A stretch of 64,000 bases of DNA from Chrysomallon squamiferum (Eukaryota > Animalia > Mollusca): assembly GCA_012295275.1 (NCBI GenBank), contig CM022678.1, positions 18,228,001 to 18,292,000 on the forward strand, read 5' to 3'. The notes beneath the pieces are model-generated. The model was not told the origin of the DNA. It saw only the letters and a program-made list of their open reading frames with translations, and did not search any database. Shown here one piece after another: positions 63,888 through 64,000 of the stretch. Position 1 is the first letter of the stretch. Each line of letters opens with the position of its first letter. The position numbers and the translations under genes are program-made.

Positions 63888-64000
63888 ATGTTACATATCA
63901 GTAGTGTACTTGTGTGGGTTTATATATGGATAGATGATGAATGCCTAACACAAACAGAAAAATGAATGTATAAGCATATGTATGTTTCTATATGTGTGTG

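Overview
AT-rich, microsatellite-dense eukaryotic (animal) genomic DNA with GT-AG introns; a lophotrochozoan such as a mollusc is my inference, not something the window proves. It contains: (1) an mTERF-family gene with a single coding exon on the minus strand (5170-6444); (2) an uncharacterised minus-strand gene with two coding exons (12540-10288), whose large exon is broken by a one-base frame change near 11341; (3) a complete Staufen gene on the plus strand, hand-assembled into 14 coding exons (21945-33112, 710 aa, dsRBD1-5, KVTF PP1 motif), with several candidate alternative or poison splice features; (4) a ~26 kb non-coding, CpG-depleted, T-rich tract downstream of the Staufen stop. This tract starts with long inverted-repeat stems and then becomes a nested tandem array of ~0.85-0.9 kb units, whose best-conserved part folds into a multi-hairpin module with pairing-preserving substitutions between copies; (5) a CRE-rich degenerate repeat and a probable promoter plus first exon of the next gene at the right edge. 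The most intriguing hypothesis is an amplified array of structured RNA modules directly behind a dsRNA-binding-protein gene. All structures were paired by eye; no folding, alignment or database search was run.
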